A stretch of 64,000 nucleotides of DNA. Source: Ignavibacteriales bacterium. Lineage in GTDB: Bacteria; Bacteroidota; Ignavibacteria; UBA10030. Positions within the stretch are counted from its first letter, which is position 1. The number at the start of each line of letters is the position of its first letter. The notes beneath the pieces are model-generated. The model was not told the origin of the DNA and did no database searches. It was given only the letters and a program-made list of their open reading frames with translations. Positions 8,999-19,826 of the stretch are shown one piece after another. Both the position numbers and the translations under genes were made by a program. Location of the stretch: positions 6,452 to 70,451 of the forward strand of contig JACPLA010000074.1 in NCBI GenBank assembly GCA_016186715.1, in the 5' to 3' direction.

Positions 8999-9730
8999 CT
9001 ATTCATCCTTGACCGGGAGCGTCAAATAATCGGACGGCAGCAACGTTTTGACATAGAGGAGATCGTGACCGAAGGTTTCTCCTTGCTTGTTCGCCCGCTT
9101 GTCCCGCACATCATTCACACCCCCTACGATCATTTGCGCCTCGCCCCATTCGACAAAATTACCCGCCGACCGGGTGAATTCCCGAGATTCAGACGTAAAG
9201 GCAAGGTAAGCCGATCCGAAGAAATGTTGCAGCTTGTCCTTATCGCCATGAACATCTCCGGGAGAATCGTGATACAGTTTGGAAGGCAGATTCATAATCC
9301 TCTGTTGAAACAGGCTGTCTTCTTCAAAGGTGAGCGGCAAGCCGACCGTTCCCACAACGGGGAGTTCGACACCAATGTTGCGATGCTCCAGGCTCGCCAC
9401 CATCGACAAGAAGAGGGCCCGGCCAATGTTGTATTCTGCGATCCTCAGAGCCTTTTGGTACACAGCGTCAACCGCTCGGAGATCTCCGCATCTCTGGAGG
9501 AGCTCGCCGAACCTCGGGTCTCTCACGTATTCACGGATGGCTCTCGTGTCCTGGATCAATTGAGGAGTCAGCAAACTCCCCAACAGGCGACCCACAGAAA
9601 ATCCCTTGGAGTTCGCTTCGTCAAACTCCCACGACTGACCGTCTGCACCCTCGCACTGTGCTCTGCCGGCTACCGGAACAATGGTCAGAATTGTCATCAG
9701 GAGCGTGGCTTGGCGGAGCCATGACCACAT
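8999..9730 (-). CDS. hypothetical secreted protein
   Basis: ORF 8999..9769. The internal start MWSWLRQATLLMTILTIVPVAGRAQ looks like a signal peptide and avoids overlap with the upstream gene. No family recognised. Confidence 0.55.
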   Translation of the reverse strand: MWSWLRQATLLMTILTIVPVAGRAQCEGADGQSWEFDEANSKGFSVGRLLGSLLTPQLIQDTRAIREYVRDPRFGELLQRCGDLRAVDAVYQKALRIAEYNIGRALFLSMVASLEHRNIGVELPVVGTVGLPLTFEEDSLFQQRIMNLPSKLYHDSPGDVHGDKDKLQHFFGSAYLAFTSESREFTRSAGNFVEWGEAQMIVGGVNDVRDKRANKQGETFGHDLLYVKTLLPSDYLTLPVKDE

Positions 9731-9752
9731 CTTGGGGCAAAACGATATCAGT

Positions 9753-11408
9753 TCAGGTCTGAATGACACCGGGATTGAAGCGTGGAATGTCCGGATTATG
9801 ATTGGCCATTCCTATTCCACGGGAAATCACTCCGCGGGTTTCAACAGGGTCGATAATCCCGTCAATCCACAGCCGGGCCGCAGCAAACAGCGGATCAAGT
9901 TCTTCTTCGTAGCGGGCTTGAATTTCCTTGAGGAGCCGATCCTGCTGCTCTTTGGAGATCTTTTCACCCCCTCGTTCCATCTGTTGCAGTTTGATCCCCA
10001 AAAGCGTCTCGCTTGCCTGCTTTCCGCCCATCACGGCGATCTGAGCCGTTGGCCATGCATACAGGAATCTTGGGTCATAGGCCTTCCCACACATGGCGTA
10101 ATTGCCGGCCCCGTAGCTGTTTCCAATCACAAAGGTGAACTTCGGCACAACGCTGTTGGCGACTGCGTTCACCATCTTCGCCCCATCCTTAATGATCCCC
10201 CCCTGTTCCGCCCGGCTTCCGACCATGAATCCTGTGACATCCTGGAAAAAGACGAGTGGAATCTGCTTTTGATTGCAGTTCATGATAAACCGTGTGGCCT
10301 TATCCGCACTGTCGCTGTAAATAACCCCACCGACCTGCATCTCGCCTTGCTTGGTCCTTACAACCGATCGTTGATTCGCGACAATTCCGACAGCCCATCC
10401 GTCAACGCGGGCGTAACCAGTGACAATCGCCTTCCCGTACCCTTCTTTGTACTCATCCAAATCGCTGTCGTCAAGCAACCGAGCCAGGATTTGATACGTA
10501 TCGTACGGCTTCGCGCGATCCACAGGCATGAGGCCGTACAATTCCGCAACCGGATATTTTGGCGGTTTCGGGTCAGTCCTGTCGAATCCGGCAGGAGCAC
10601 TTGCTCCAAGCTTCCCGATGATGCTTCTGATTTTCGCCAAGCAGGTCTCATCGTCTTTCATGCGGTGATCTGTGACTCCGCTGATTTCACAATGAACTTC
10701 CGCCCCCCCCAGAGCCTCGTTGTCGATTTCCTCTCCGATCGCAGCTTTGACAAGATGAGAGCCTGCAAGAAACACGCTTCCCGTTTTGTCGACAATCATC
10801 GCCTCATCGCTCATGATCGGCAGATACGCGCCTCCGGCCACACATGGTCCCATGATCGCGGCGATCTGAACAATCCCCAAGGACGACATCACTGCGTTGT
10901 TCCGGAAAATCCGCCCGAAGTGTTCCTTGTCAGGAAAAATTTCCGATTGCAGAGGAAGGAAGACTCCCGCCGAGTCGACCAGATAGACAATGGGAAGCCG
11001 GTTTTCGATGGAGATTTCCTGGGCACGGAGATTCTTTTTGCATGTCAGGGGAAACCATGCTCCCGCTTTCACGGTGGCGTCATTCGCAACGATGACGACA
11101 TCTCTCCCCTGAATCACACCTATCCCAAAGATTGTTCCTGATGATGGCGCTCCCCCGTATTCCTTGTACATTCCATGGGCGACAAAGAGCCCAACCTCCA
11201 GGAACGAAGAACCCGGATCGATGAGCTTCTGGATCCGCTCCCGCGCAGGCATCTTCCCTCTCTTCCGATGCTTTTCGAGGGCATCCTTCCCGCCTCCAAG
11301 AATAATCTTGGATTCCTCGCTCCTGAACCGGGCTAACAGCTTCCGAAGAGTTTCCTCGTTCGTCGCGGTCGTCTGGTCGCGTTTCAGTGTTTTTCCTATG
11401 AGGGCCAT
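9753..11408 (-). CDS. acyl-CoA carboxylase carboxyltransferase (beta) subunit (methylcrotonyl-/propionyl-CoA carboxylase beta-like)
   Basis: 551 aa with two crotonase-like carboxyltransferase halves (GGGKDALEKHRKRGKMPARERI, ANDATVKAGAWFP, IMGPCVAGGAYLP, ANSYGAGNYAMCG). Confidence 0.9.
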   Translation of the reverse strand: MALIGKTLKRDQTTATNEETLRKLLARFRSEESKIILGGGKDALEKHRKRGKMPARERIQKLIDPGSSFLEVGLFVAHGMYKEYGGAPSSGTIFGIGVIQGRDVVIVANDATVKAGAWFPLTCKKNLRAQEISIENRLPIVYLVDSAGVFLPLQSEIFPDKEHFGRIFRNNAVMSSLGIVQIAAIMGPCVAGGAYLPIMSDEAMIVDKTGSVFLAGSHLVKAAIGEEIDNEALGGAEVHCEISGVTDHRMKDDETCLAKIRSIIGKLGASAPAGFDRTDPKPPKYPVAELYGLMPVDRAKPYDTYQILARLLDDSDLDEYKEGYGKAIVTGYARVDGWAVGIVANQRSVVRTKQGEMQVGGVIYSDSADKATRFIMNCNQKQIPLVFFQDVTGFMVGSRAEQGGIIKDGAKMVNAVANSVVPKFTFVIGNSYGAGNYAMCGKAYDPRFLYAWPTAQIAVMGGKQASETLLGIKLQQMERGGEKISKEQQDRLLKEIQARYEEELDPLFAAARLWIDGIIDPVETRGVISRGIGMANHNPDIPRFNPGVIQT

Positions 11409-11416
11409 GGTCGCAC

Positions 11417-12577
11417 TTAGAGAAGAAGGTTTTTTGCGATCACGATCTTTTGAACTTCCGAAGTCCCTTCACCAATGGTCAGGAGCTTGACATCCCGGTA
11501 AAACTTTTCCACCGGAAACTCTTTGATGAACCCATAGCCCCCGTGGATCTGAACGGCCTCCGTCGCGGCACGTTGAGCCACTTCGCTGGCGAAATACTTC
11601 GCCTGGGCTGCGATGAGGTTGATTGGATCGCCTTTCGCTTTTGCAGCCGCGGCACGAAAGGTCAAGAGGCGTGCTGCTTCGATTTCCGTCGCCATGTCGG
11701 CAATCTTGAACTGAATTGCCTGAAATTCGCCAAGCGTTTTTCCGAAGGCCTTCCGTTCCTTGGCATACTTGATGGCTGCCTCCATCGCTCCCTGCGCAAG
11801 TCCGACAGATAATGCGGCGATCCCCACCCTGCCGCTGTCGAGGACGGAGAGGGCCTGCTTGAATCCCTCTCCCTCATTCCCAAGAAGATTTTTCGCGGGG
11901 ACCGTGACCCCCTCAAAAACGAGCTGAACCGTGTCGCTGGAGCGAAAACCGAGTTTGTTCTCTTTCTTTCCAACCTTGACCCCCATCGATTTCTCAACGA
12001 TGAAGGCGGAGATGCCTTTGGTTCCGGTACCGGATGTCTTTGCCATAACCACAAACGTTGATGCATAGGATCCGTTCGTGATAAAAGTTTTTGCGCCCTC
12101 GAGTATGTACGAGTCCCCCTTTCTGGTCGCCGTTGTCAGCATTCCGCCGGCGTCACTTCCGGACCCCGGCTCGGTGAGGCACCACGATCCAACCGCGGCC
12201 CCCGATGCCAGATCGGGGACATAGCTCTTCTTCTGTTCTTCATTTCCAAACTGCAAGATGTGTTCCAGGCATAATCCCGAATGAGCGGCAAGAGTCAGTG
12301 CCACCGAAGGATCAACGCGGGCGATTTCCTCTATGATCACCACGAATTCCAGAGCCGTCATCCCCGCGCCCCCGACATCGACCGGCGTCACGGCGCCGAG
12401 GAATCCGAGTTCCGCCATGCGTTTGAAAATCTCCATGTGAAATTCCTGGGTCTCATCATGCTTCATCACAACCGGCCGGATTTCCCGTTCTGAGAAATCG
12501 CGTGCCGCCTTCTGCAGCATTGTCATTTCTTCTGTCAGCAAAAATGAAATGCCTTGTTCTATCGTCGGTTGTTCCAT
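11417..12577 (-). CDS. acyl-CoA dehydrogenase (short/branched-chain type)
   Basis: 386 aa with ACAD signatures (CLTEPGSGSDAGG, QIHGGYGFIKEFPVEKFYRDVKLLTIGEGTSEVQ). Confidence 0.92.
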   Translation of the reverse strand: MEQPTIEQGISFLLTEEMTMLQKAARDFSEREIRPVVMKHDETQEFHMEIFKRMAELGFLGAVTPVDVGGAGMTALEFVVIIEEIARVDPSVALTLAAHSGLCLEHILQFGNEEQKKSYVPDLASGAAVGSWCLTEPGSGSDAGGMLTTATRKGDSYILEGAKTFITNGSYASTFVVMAKTSGTGTKGISAFIVEKSMGVKVGKKENKLGFRSSDTVQLVFEGVTVPAKNLLGNEGEGFKQALSVLDSGRVGIAALSVGLAQGAMEAAIKYAKERKAFGKTLGEFQAIQFKIADMATEIEAARLLTFRAAAAKAKGDPINLIAAQAKYFASEVAQRAATEAVQIHGGYGFIKEFPVEKFYRDVKLLTIGEGTSEVQKIVIAKNLLL

Positions 12578-12604
12578 CGTATCCTCGCTTGAGAGACTGC
12601 GTTG

Positions 12605-13570
12605 TCAGGTATGAAGGTCGACTTCCTTTCTGAAGTCGGAAATCAGTTTCGCCGCAACATCATAAGGAGTCTGGTTACGGTTGACCACCAGATCAAGTCC
12701 GCGTTGGAGTGCCTCTTGCCGATGCCGGGTCCAGAAATCAACCTGGAGCTGTTCTTCAATCAACTCACGAATTTTTCGGTCAAGACGTCCCTTGCGCTTC
12801 CTTTGAAGCCCCCCGGATTGCTCCAGGAACTGGCGGTGTGAAGCAACGAGTTCCACAACTTCCTGAATTCCGGTCCCCTCACTCGCGACAGTCTTCACCA
12901 CACCGGGAGTCCAGGAATTTCCCGTCGAGCGAAATCCAAGAATCATCTTGATCGACATGACGGCTTGATCCGCACCCGGCCGATCAGATTTGTTTAGAAC
13001 GAAGAAGTCGGCAATCTCCATAAGCCCGGCCTTCATCGCCTGGATCCCATCGCCCGATTCGGGGACAAGAATCACGACCGTTGTGTCGGCTGCGCCCGCG
13101 ATGTCCAGCTCCGATTGTCCAACGCCGACCGTTTCCATCATGATGATCTCATGTCCCGAAGCATCCAGGATATCGGCCGCCTCTTTGGCCTTCTTGCTCA
13201 GACCGCCCATGCTTCCCCTCGATGCCATGCTTCGGATAAAGACTTCCCTGTCCAATTCAACATCCGTCATGCGAATTCGATCCCCCAGGAGAGCGCCGCC
13301 GGTAAACGGACTTGTCGGATCGACCGCGAGAATGCCAACGCGCAATCCCGCATTCCGGTAGAAGCGGGCAAGTTTATTCACCAGCGTGCTTTTTCCGGCC
13401 CCCGGCGGTCCGGTCACGCCGATTCGATATCCGTTTCCCGTCTTTGAATAAATCCGCTCAAGAATCTCTTGTGACATGTCCGAGCCGTTTTCAACGAGCG
13501 AGATCGCTCGCGCAACACCGAGTCGATCTCCGCGGACGATTTGATCGGCCATCTCTTTTGCGCGATTCAT
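12605..13570 (-). CDS. meaB: methylmalonyl-CoA mutase-associated GTPase MeaB/ArgK
   Basis: P-loop GVTGPPGAGKST, ETVGVGQSE, VLNKSDR, typical length of 321 aa. Confidence 0.88.
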   Translation of the reverse strand: MNRAKEMADQIVRGDRLGVARAISLVENGSDMSQEILERIYSKTGNGYRIGVTGPPGAGKSTLVNKLARFYRNAGLRVGILAVDPTSPFTGGALLGDRIRMTDVELDREVFIRSMASRGSMGGLSKKAKEAADILDASGHEIIMMETVGVGQSELDIAGAADTTVVILVPESGDGIQAMKAGLMEIADFFVLNKSDRPGADQAVMSIKMILGFRSTGNSWTPGVVKTVASEGTGIQEVVELVASHRQFLEQSGGLQRKRKGRLDRKIRELIEEQLQVDFWTRHRQEALQRGLDLVVNRNQTPYDVAAKLISDFRKEVDLHT

Positions 13571-14496
13571 GCCGGGACGGTCCCTTTTCGGAAAAATTCC
13601 GCCGTGCGCTTCAGCCCGTCTTCAAGGCCTACCGTTGGTCTCCATCCGAGTTCCTTCGAGATTTTTGCGGCGCTGATGACGCTGCGCACCTGTTCTCCTG
13701 CCTTCGCCGGACCGTGCCGCTCCGGGCAGGCCGGATTCAAATACTGACGAAGAGTATGGAACAGCGTGTTCACACTCGTTTCAATCCCGGTCCCGACATT
13801 GAAAATATTGGAGCCCACATAGTTCAAAGCGAGAAGATTGGCAGAAACAGCATCGGCGACGTACGTGTAATCCCGGGTTTGGCGGCCATCGCCGTTGATC
13901 ACCGGAGGTTCCTTACCAAGCATCTTGTTTGAAAAGATCGCAACCACGCCGGCCTCGCCATGCGGATTCTGCCTTGGGCCGTAAATGTTCGCGTAACGGA
14001 GGATTATGTAATCGATTCCGTACACAGCCTTGTAATAGTATAGATATTTTTCCGTGCAAAGCTTTGTGATCCCGTACGGAGACAGCGGCAGGGTCGGATG
14101 CTCTTCATCCGCGGGAAATCGCTCCTGTTCTCCGTAGATTGCCCCGCCTGTGGAGGCAAAGACAATCTTCCTGATTCCGTTTCGACAGGCGTGTTCAAGC
14201 AGGTTCAGCCCCCCGATCACATTCACCGAGGCATCAAATACTGGATCGGCGACAGATCTTCGCACGTCCATTTGTGCCGCGTGGTGATTCAAGACATCAA
14301 ACTTTTCCTCATGAAAGATCTTCTGGAGAGATGCATCCCGGATATCCAGATGAATCAAGCGGGCCGCGGGATGCACATTCTGCCTCGAGCCCGTGGAAAG
14401 ATCATCCACGACCGTCACATCGTGTCCCGCTTCAACATACGCGTCCACAACGTGAGAACCGATGAAGCCGGCCCCTCCGGTCACGAGAATTTTCAT
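13567..14496 (-). CDS. NAD-dependent sugar epimerase/dehydratase (UDP-glucose 4-epimerase-like SDR)
   Basis: MKILVTGGAGFIGSH Rossmann motif and an extended-SDR YxxxK (SPYGITKLCTEKY). Confidence 0.88.
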   Translation of the reverse strand: MKILVTGGAGFIGSHVVDAYVEAGHDVTVVDDLSTGSRQNVHPAARLIHLDIRDASLQKIFHEEKFDVLNHHAAQMDVRRSVADPVFDASVNVIGGLNLLEHACRNGIRKIVFASTGGAIYGEQERFPADEEHPTLPLSPYGITKLCTEKYLYYYKAVYGIDYIILRYANIYGPRQNPHGEAGVVAIFSNKMLGKEPPVINGDGRQTRDYTYVADAVSANLLALNYVGSNIFNVGTGIETSVNTLFHTLRQYLNPACPERHGPAKAGEQVRSVISAAKISKELGWRPTVGLEDGLKRTAEFFRKGTVPA

Positions 14497-15812
14497 CGGT
14501 CAATCTGCTCCTTCATGGAAATCGCTTTCCCCTCTTTCAAGGCCTTGCGACCAATATCGCTCCGGTAGTAGGCACCGTCAAACGTGATACGGTGAACAGC
14601 ACGATACGCCGATTGAATTGTTCCTTCAAGATCGTGGTCATAGCCGATCGCGGTGACCCCGAGAACTCGACCTCCGGCTGTTACGATCGTGTCGCCTTCT
14701 TTTCGAGTTCCGGCATGAAAGACGACTTCGCCTTCATCAGTTTTCACTGCATCGAGTCCGTGAATAGGTTTTCCTGTTTCATACGCGTCGGGATATCCGC
14801 CCGAAGCCACCACCACGCACACGGCCGACGCAGGATGCCGTCCTGCCAGTTCGGGCTTTAATGCGGCTTTTGAAGCTGAGAGCAAGAGCTCCGCCAGATC
14901 GCCGTCGAGAATGGGGATGACTACCTGTGTTTCAGGGTCGCCAAACCGACAATTGTACTCAAGCACTTTGGGACCTTCACTGGAGATCATGAGCCCGACA
15001 TAGAGACATCCCCGATAAGGAGATCCTTCAGCACTCATCCCTTGCAAAGTCGGCCGTATGATCAAATCCACAACCTGTTCCTGAAGTTCGGCAGTCAAGA
15101 CCGGTGCGGGGGCGTATGCCCCCATTCCTCCCGTGTTTTTCCCCTGGTCGCCGTCGAGTATTCGTTTATGATCCTGAGCCGGAGCGAGCGTAACGAACTC
15201 CTTCCCGTCGCTGATCGCAAACACGGATGCTTCCTCGCCCTGGAGGAACTCCTCGATCACAACCCGTTCACCAGCTGAGCCGAAAGCGCGCTTCGTCATG
15301 ATCAGATCCAGCGCGTTGACGGCATGATCGCGTTTTTCACAGATGATGACCCCCTTGCCGGCAGCCAAACCGTCCGCCTTGATGACGACCGGAAGCGAAA
15401 GTTCGTCGACGAATGCCATTGCGTCGGTTTTCTGATTGACCGCAAAACTCCTGAAGCGAGCCGTTGGAATTTGATGTCTCGTCATGAACTCCTTGGCAAA
15501 CCCCTTGCTCCCCTCTAACCTCGCCGCCGACTTCGTCGGCCCGAACACTGCGAGCCCTTCTTCCGAAAAGAAATCCACGATGCCATCAACCAGCGGCTGC
15601 TCGGGACCAACAACGGTAAGATCTATCCCATGCTCGAGGGCGAATTTTCGTAGTCCTTTGAAGTCGCCGACACTGGCGGGAACCAACTGTGCAACCGCCG
15701 CCATCCCGGCGTTCCCGGGTGCGCAATAGAGCCGCTTGACGCTGGAACTCTGACGGAGTTTCCAGGCAAGGGCGTGCTCCCTTCCGCCCGATCCAATCAC
15801 CATCACATTCAT
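14493..15812 (-). CDS. purD: phosphoribosylamine--glycine ligase
   Basis: MNVMVIGSGGREHALAWKL, ATP-grasp core, GPKVLEYNCRFGDPETQ. Confidence 0.95.
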   Translation of the reverse strand: MNVMVIGSGGREHALAWKLRQSSSVKRLYCAPGNAGMAAVAQLVPASVGDFKGLRKFALEHGIDLTVVGPEQPLVDGIVDFFSEEGLAVFGPTKSAARLEGSKGFAKEFMTRHQIPTARFRSFAVNQKTDAMAFVDELSLPVVIKADGLAAGKGVIICEKRDHAVNALDLIMTKRAFGSAGERVVIEEFLQGEEASVFAISDGKEFVTLAPAQDHKRILDGDQGKNTGGMGAYAPAPVLTAELQEQVVDLIIRPTLQGMSAEGSPYRGCLYVGLMISSEGPKVLEYNCRFGDPETQVVIPILDGDLAELLLSASKAALKPELAGRHPASAVCVVVASGGYPDAYETGKPIHGLDAVKTDEGEVVFHAGTRKEGDTIVTAGGRVLGVTAIGYDHDLEGTIQSAYRAVHRITFDGAYYRSDIGRKALKEGKAISMKEQIDR

Positions 15813-17128
15813 GTCGTCTGTTCCTCGATTCTCGTAATCGCGTTTCGATCAATATCCATCAGCGTCTCCAAAAGCTTCGCAAGGACGCCGGTGAGCGCGG
15901 CTCGGTTGAACTTTTCAACAACATGCTCGGCCGGATTCGGAAGCTTCTTCTGATCGAATTGTTTCAACAATTCCACCAACGCCTCCTCGTGCCCCTTGAC
16001 ATCCCCGGGCTCCACACAGACTCCTGCCTGGCTTTCCACGATCAGCTGCCTGAGATACCCTTCGGGCACCGAGGCCAAGACGGGTTTCCGAGCTCCAAGA
16101 TATTCATAGAGCTTGCCGGGGGACTGAAAGTCGTTTTCCAGAACAAGCCACAACAGATCCGCTTCAAGCAGATGCTTGACACAAACCCTGTGCTCAAGGT
16201 AACCAAGAAAATTGACTGCGTTTTGCAAGCCGAGTTTCGATGCTAAAGACTGATCTTCCCTCCTCATATTCCCGGCAAAGTTGAGTTCGAACCTCCCACG
16301 CAGGTGCGGGGATGCCTTAAAGACATTGTGGAGAGCATGCATGATGACCGAAGGGTTCCGCCCTCCATAGAACGTTCCGGCATGGACGATGCGCATCCGA
16401 TCCGTCGGGCCCGACTTGGGAATAACCGGCTGGTCAAAGTCTTTTGGATCGAAGCCCTGGGAGACGATTGTCACGTCATGATACGTGAGAAAAGGATAGC
16501 GCTTGACGAGATTCTCTTTGACACGTCGATGCGTCACAACGATTCGGTCACACCCCCGGACCACTTTCCGCTCGAGCCTCTTGTGGAGAAATCGGTGCAG
16601 CGGCGTCGGAAAATATTTGTACGGGTTTTCCAACCATTCGTCCCGGTACTCGAGTACCAAAGGTACTTTCGATTTCTTCTTCAGCGCAAGGCCGATCAGA
16701 AAATCAGTTTGAGGGGGGGCGGTAGCAACAATAGCGTCGAATTTCCTCCTCTTCAGGCGTGCGGCCCCGGCCCGGAGGGCCTTCCGCTTCCATCCGATCT
16801 TTGTATCGGGGATAAATGCGAGATCACCAAGATACTGCAATGCCTTCCGGAGCCATTCCGGCGGCATTTTGACCGGCCCTTTGCTCTTGAATATCCTGTT
16901 CGGGTCAAGGGAGGTTGTACGAACCACTTCAATCTCATGGTCGTCAACTTCCTGAAGAAGGGACTTATCAAAAGCATAATATCCGGTCGGCCCAACGGTC
17001 AACACCGTCGGCTTCCAGCCAAAATTGGGAAGGTATTTTGCAAACTTCAGGGTACGCTGTACCCCACTCAGGCCCATCGGCGGGAAGTAGTACGCAATGA
17101 TGAGAACATGTCGCTGGCCGTCGGTCAC
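15809..17128 (-). CDS. glycosyltransferase (GT-B fold, GT4-like)
   Basis: 439 aa. N-terminal HVLIIAYYFPPMGLSGVQR and a C-terminal GT1/GT4-like E-x7-E region (LYEYLGARKPVLA). The start overlaps the purD end by 4 nt. Confidence 0.8.
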   Translation of the reverse strand: MTDGQRHVLIIAYYFPPMGLSGVQRTLKFAKYLPNFGWKPTVLTVGPTGYYAFDKSLLQEVDDHEIEVVRTTSLDPNRIFKSKGPVKMPPEWLRKALQYLGDLAFIPDTKIGWKRKALRAGAARLKRRKFDAIVATAPPQTDFLIGLALKKKSKVPLVLEYRDEWLENPYKYFPTPLHRFLHKRLERKVVRGCDRIVVTHRRVKENLVKRYPFLTYHDVTIVSQGFDPKDFDQPVIPKSGPTDRMRIVHAGTFYGGRNPSVIMHALHNVFKASPHLRGRFELNFAGNMRREDQSLASKLGLQNAVNFLGYLEHRVCVKHLLEADLLWLVLENDFQSPGKLYEYLGARKPVLASVPEGYLRQLIVESQAGVCVEPGDVKGHEEALVELLKQFDQKKLPNPAEHVVEKFNRAALTGVLAKLLETLMDIDRNAITRIEEQTT

Positions 17129-17222
17129 GTTCGGATTGGTTCAATGTTTGATCGGTGAATGGTCAAAGGCGGCACCAAGCTTGAAGGACTCAAAGTCATG
17201 GTGATCTTTGTGTTTCTGTCGT

Positions 17223-18293
17223 TCATAGAACGACGAGCTCCTTCGAAGCTGCGTTCAAGATCTCGCAGAATCCGTTCCGAATCACCACATCGTCTTCGAT
17301 GCGCACTCCTCCAACCGAAGGTACGTAAACTCCGGGCTCGATAGTGATCACGTTGCCCGATTTCAGAACATCCTTGCTCGACGCCGAGACTCTCGGAGCC
17401 TCGTGGACCTGAATCCCCAGTCCATGTCCGAGCGAGTGGGGGAACCATCGTCCGAACCCCGCCCTTGTAATGTGTTTTCGAGCAACAGCATCAAGATCTT
17501 TGGCAGCCATGCCGCTGCGAGCCGAGTCGACGGCTCTTTGCTGCGCTTCCCGGACAATCCGGTACATTCTGCGCGCCCGATCAGTCGGTTTTCCGACGGC
17601 AACTGTTCGGGTTAGATCGCTGTGATATCCGCGATAGCGGCATCCAAAATCGAGCGTCACCATCTCCCCCCGTTTAATGCTCTTCCCCGTTGCTCGTGCG
17701 TGCGGGAGCGCTCCCCGAAAGCCGCTTGCAACAATGGGTTCAAACGCGTCCGCCTCCGCCCCCAGTTTCCGATGAAGATAGATGATTTCGGCCGCAACGT
17801 CCATTTCGGAAATTCCCGGCCTGAGAACATCGAGGATTTTCCGAAATACATCATCCGAGATGGAAACAGCCCGACGAATCAAATCAATCTCGCTCTCATC
17901 CTTCACCGCGCAGAGCGCTTCCACCACCGTCCTGGTTGGGACAAACCGCATGCGGGGATAGAGTGTTTTCCAATTCTGCAGCTCGGCTACGTTCATGTGT
18001 TCGACCTCGAACCCTATCCGTGCTCCCGACGGCAACACGCCCCGTTTCTTTGCCTCTTCCCCGAGGCTTTTTTTTGCAATGAGGATTTGAAAGCCCCTGA
18101 CTTCTTCGCGGGCTTGCGTCGTATATCGCCCGTCGGTCAGAAAGAATTGCTTTCTCGGGAGAATCAGGCAGAGACCGTTGGTCCCAGAAAATCCTGTCAG
18201 ATAGCGAATGTGGGGAAGGAACGTGATGAGAAGTGCGTGCAGCCGAAGCTTGTGAAGCCTATCCCTGATCGCCTCGAGCCGTTGTGCGTTCAT
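17223..18293 (-). CDS. M24 family metallopeptidase (Xaa-Pro aminopeptidase-like)
   Basis: Creatinase-like N-domain plus pita-bread fold metal ligands (VTLDFGCRYRGYHSDLTRT, HSLGHGLGIQVHE, ITIEPGVY, VRIEDDV). Confidence 0.88.
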   Translation of the reverse strand: MNAQRLEAIRDRLHKLRLHALLITFLPHIRYLTGFSGTNGLCLILPRKQFFLTDGRYTTQAREEVRGFQILIAKKSLGEEAKKRGVLPSGARIGFEVEHMNVAELQNWKTLYPRMRFVPTRTVVEALCAVKDESEIDLIRRAVSISDDVFRKILDVLRPGISEMDVAAEIIYLHRKLGAEADAFEPIVASGFRGALPHARATGKSIKRGEMVTLDFGCRYRGYHSDLTRTVAVGKPTDRARRMYRIVREAQQRAVDSARSGMAAKDLDAVARKHITRAGFGRWFPHSLGHGLGIQVHEAPRVSASSKDVLKSGNVITIEPGVYVPSVGGVRIEDDVVIRNGFCEILNAASKELVVL

Positions 18294-18303
18294 TCAGGAA
18301 AGC

Positions 18304-19764
18304 TTAGAGATGGTAGTTGGGAGCTTCTTTGGTGACGCCGATATCGTGGGGGTGGCTCTCTCGTAACCCCGCATCCGTAATCTTGAGGAAGTGAGCCTTC
18401 TTCTTCAATTCCGCAATCGTCCGGCAACCGCAATAACCCATAGCCGCGCGCAGCCCCCCGATCATCTGATAGGCCGTCTCGCTGAGATTGCCTTTGTACG
18501 GAACACGGCCTTCAATGCCTTCCGGCACAAGTTTCTGAATATCATCTTCGACATCCTGGAAATAGCGGTCCTTGCTCCCGGCCCTCATCGCCTCCACCGA
18601 CCCCATCCCTCGATACATCTTGTAGCTTCTCCCCTCGAACAAGACTTTCTCGCCCGGGCTCTCCTCAACGCCGGCGAACAATCCACCGATCATCACCGAA
18701 TCGGCTCCCGCCCCGAGAGCTTTCGCGATGTCACCGGTCTGCTTGATTCCTCCGTCGGCAATCAGCGGCACCTTGCTCTTCGATGCAACTAACGCACACG
18801 CCATGATCGCACTGACCTGAGGAACACCCACCCCGGCGATGACCCGCGTCGTACAAATGGACCCCGGCCCAATTCCAACCTTTACGGCATCGGCGCCGGC
18901 CCGAATCAAGTCACGAGTTCCTTCGGCCGTTGCAACGTTCCCTGCTATAACTTCACCCTCAAATTTCCCTTTCAGGCGCTTGACCATTTTGATCACCCCC
19001 TCCGAATGACCATGTGCCGTATCGACGACAATGACATCAACCCCCGCCTCACTGAGCGCAGCGACACGATCGAGCGTGTCGGAAGTCACCCCAACCGCTG
19101 CACCGACCCGGAGACGACCATGATGGTCCTTACATGCATTCGGGAACCTCTTCTTTTTCTGGATGTCCTTGAACGTGATCAATCCTTTTAACCGGCCCTG
19201 TTTGTCAACAATCGGGAGTTTTTCGATTCGGTTTTTCTGAAGGATCGCCTCGGCCTCCTCCAGTGTGGTCCCGACCGGCGCAGTGATGAGGGTTCCGTTG
19301 GTCATCACTCGTGCAATTTCCAGATCAAGGTTCGGCTCAAAGCGAAGATCCCGGTTCGTAAGAATTCCAACTAGCCTGTCCTCTTTGACAATGGGAATGC
19401 CGGAAACGCTATACTTCTTCATCATCTCCATGGCCAGGCCCACCGTTTCCTCCGGCGGAAGCGTGATCGGATTCTGAATCATCCCGCTTTCCGATCTCTT
19501 GACCTTGTCAACCTCCTCCGCCTGTCTTGCGATGGACATGTTCTTATGGAGGATACCAATTCCACCTTCTCGTGCGAGGGCAATCGCCATCTCCGCTTCG
19601 GTCACGGTATCCATTGCCGCACTCACGAGGGGAATATTCAGCTCGATCCTTCTGGTCAGTTTCGTGCGGACATCCGTTTCCCGCGGCAGAACGGCCGACT
19701 TCGCCGGGACAAGGAGGATGTCGTCGTAAGTCAATGCATCGCCGATGATTTTCTTAACAGCCAT
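18304..19764 (-). CDS. guaB: IMP dehydrogenase
   Basis: [10 protein letters not shown], a tandem CBS insert, catalytic loop [23 protein letters not shown]. Confidence 0.96.
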   Translation of the reverse strand: MAVKKIIGDALTYDDILLVPAKSAVLPRETDVRTKLTRRIELNIPLVSAAMDTVTEAEMAIALAREGGIGILHKNMSIARQAEEVDKVKRSESGMIQNPITLPPEETVGLAMEMMKKYSVSGIPIVKEDRLVGILTNRDLRFEPNLDLEIARVMTNGTLITAPVGTTLEEAEAILQKNRIEKLPIVDKQGRLKGLITFKDIQKKKRFPNACKDHHGRLRVGAAVGVTSDTLDRVAALSEAGVDVIVVDTAHGHSEGVIKMVKRLKGKFEGEVIAGNVATAEGTRDLIRAGADAVKVGIGPGSICTTRVIAGVGVPQVSAIMACALVASKSKVPLIADGGIKQTGDIAKALGAGADSVMIGGLFAGVEESPGEKVLFEGRSYKMYRGMGSVEAMRAGSKDRYFQDVEDDIQKLVPEGIEGRVPYKGNLSETAYQMIGGLRAAMGYCGCRTIAELKKKAHFLKITDAGLRESHPHDIGVTKEAPNYHL

Positions 19765-19826
19765 GGGCTTCAGGCACGCTTTGTTTCTTTTGTGTGTCTC
19801 GACGGTTCAGTGTTTTGTCCGGATAC

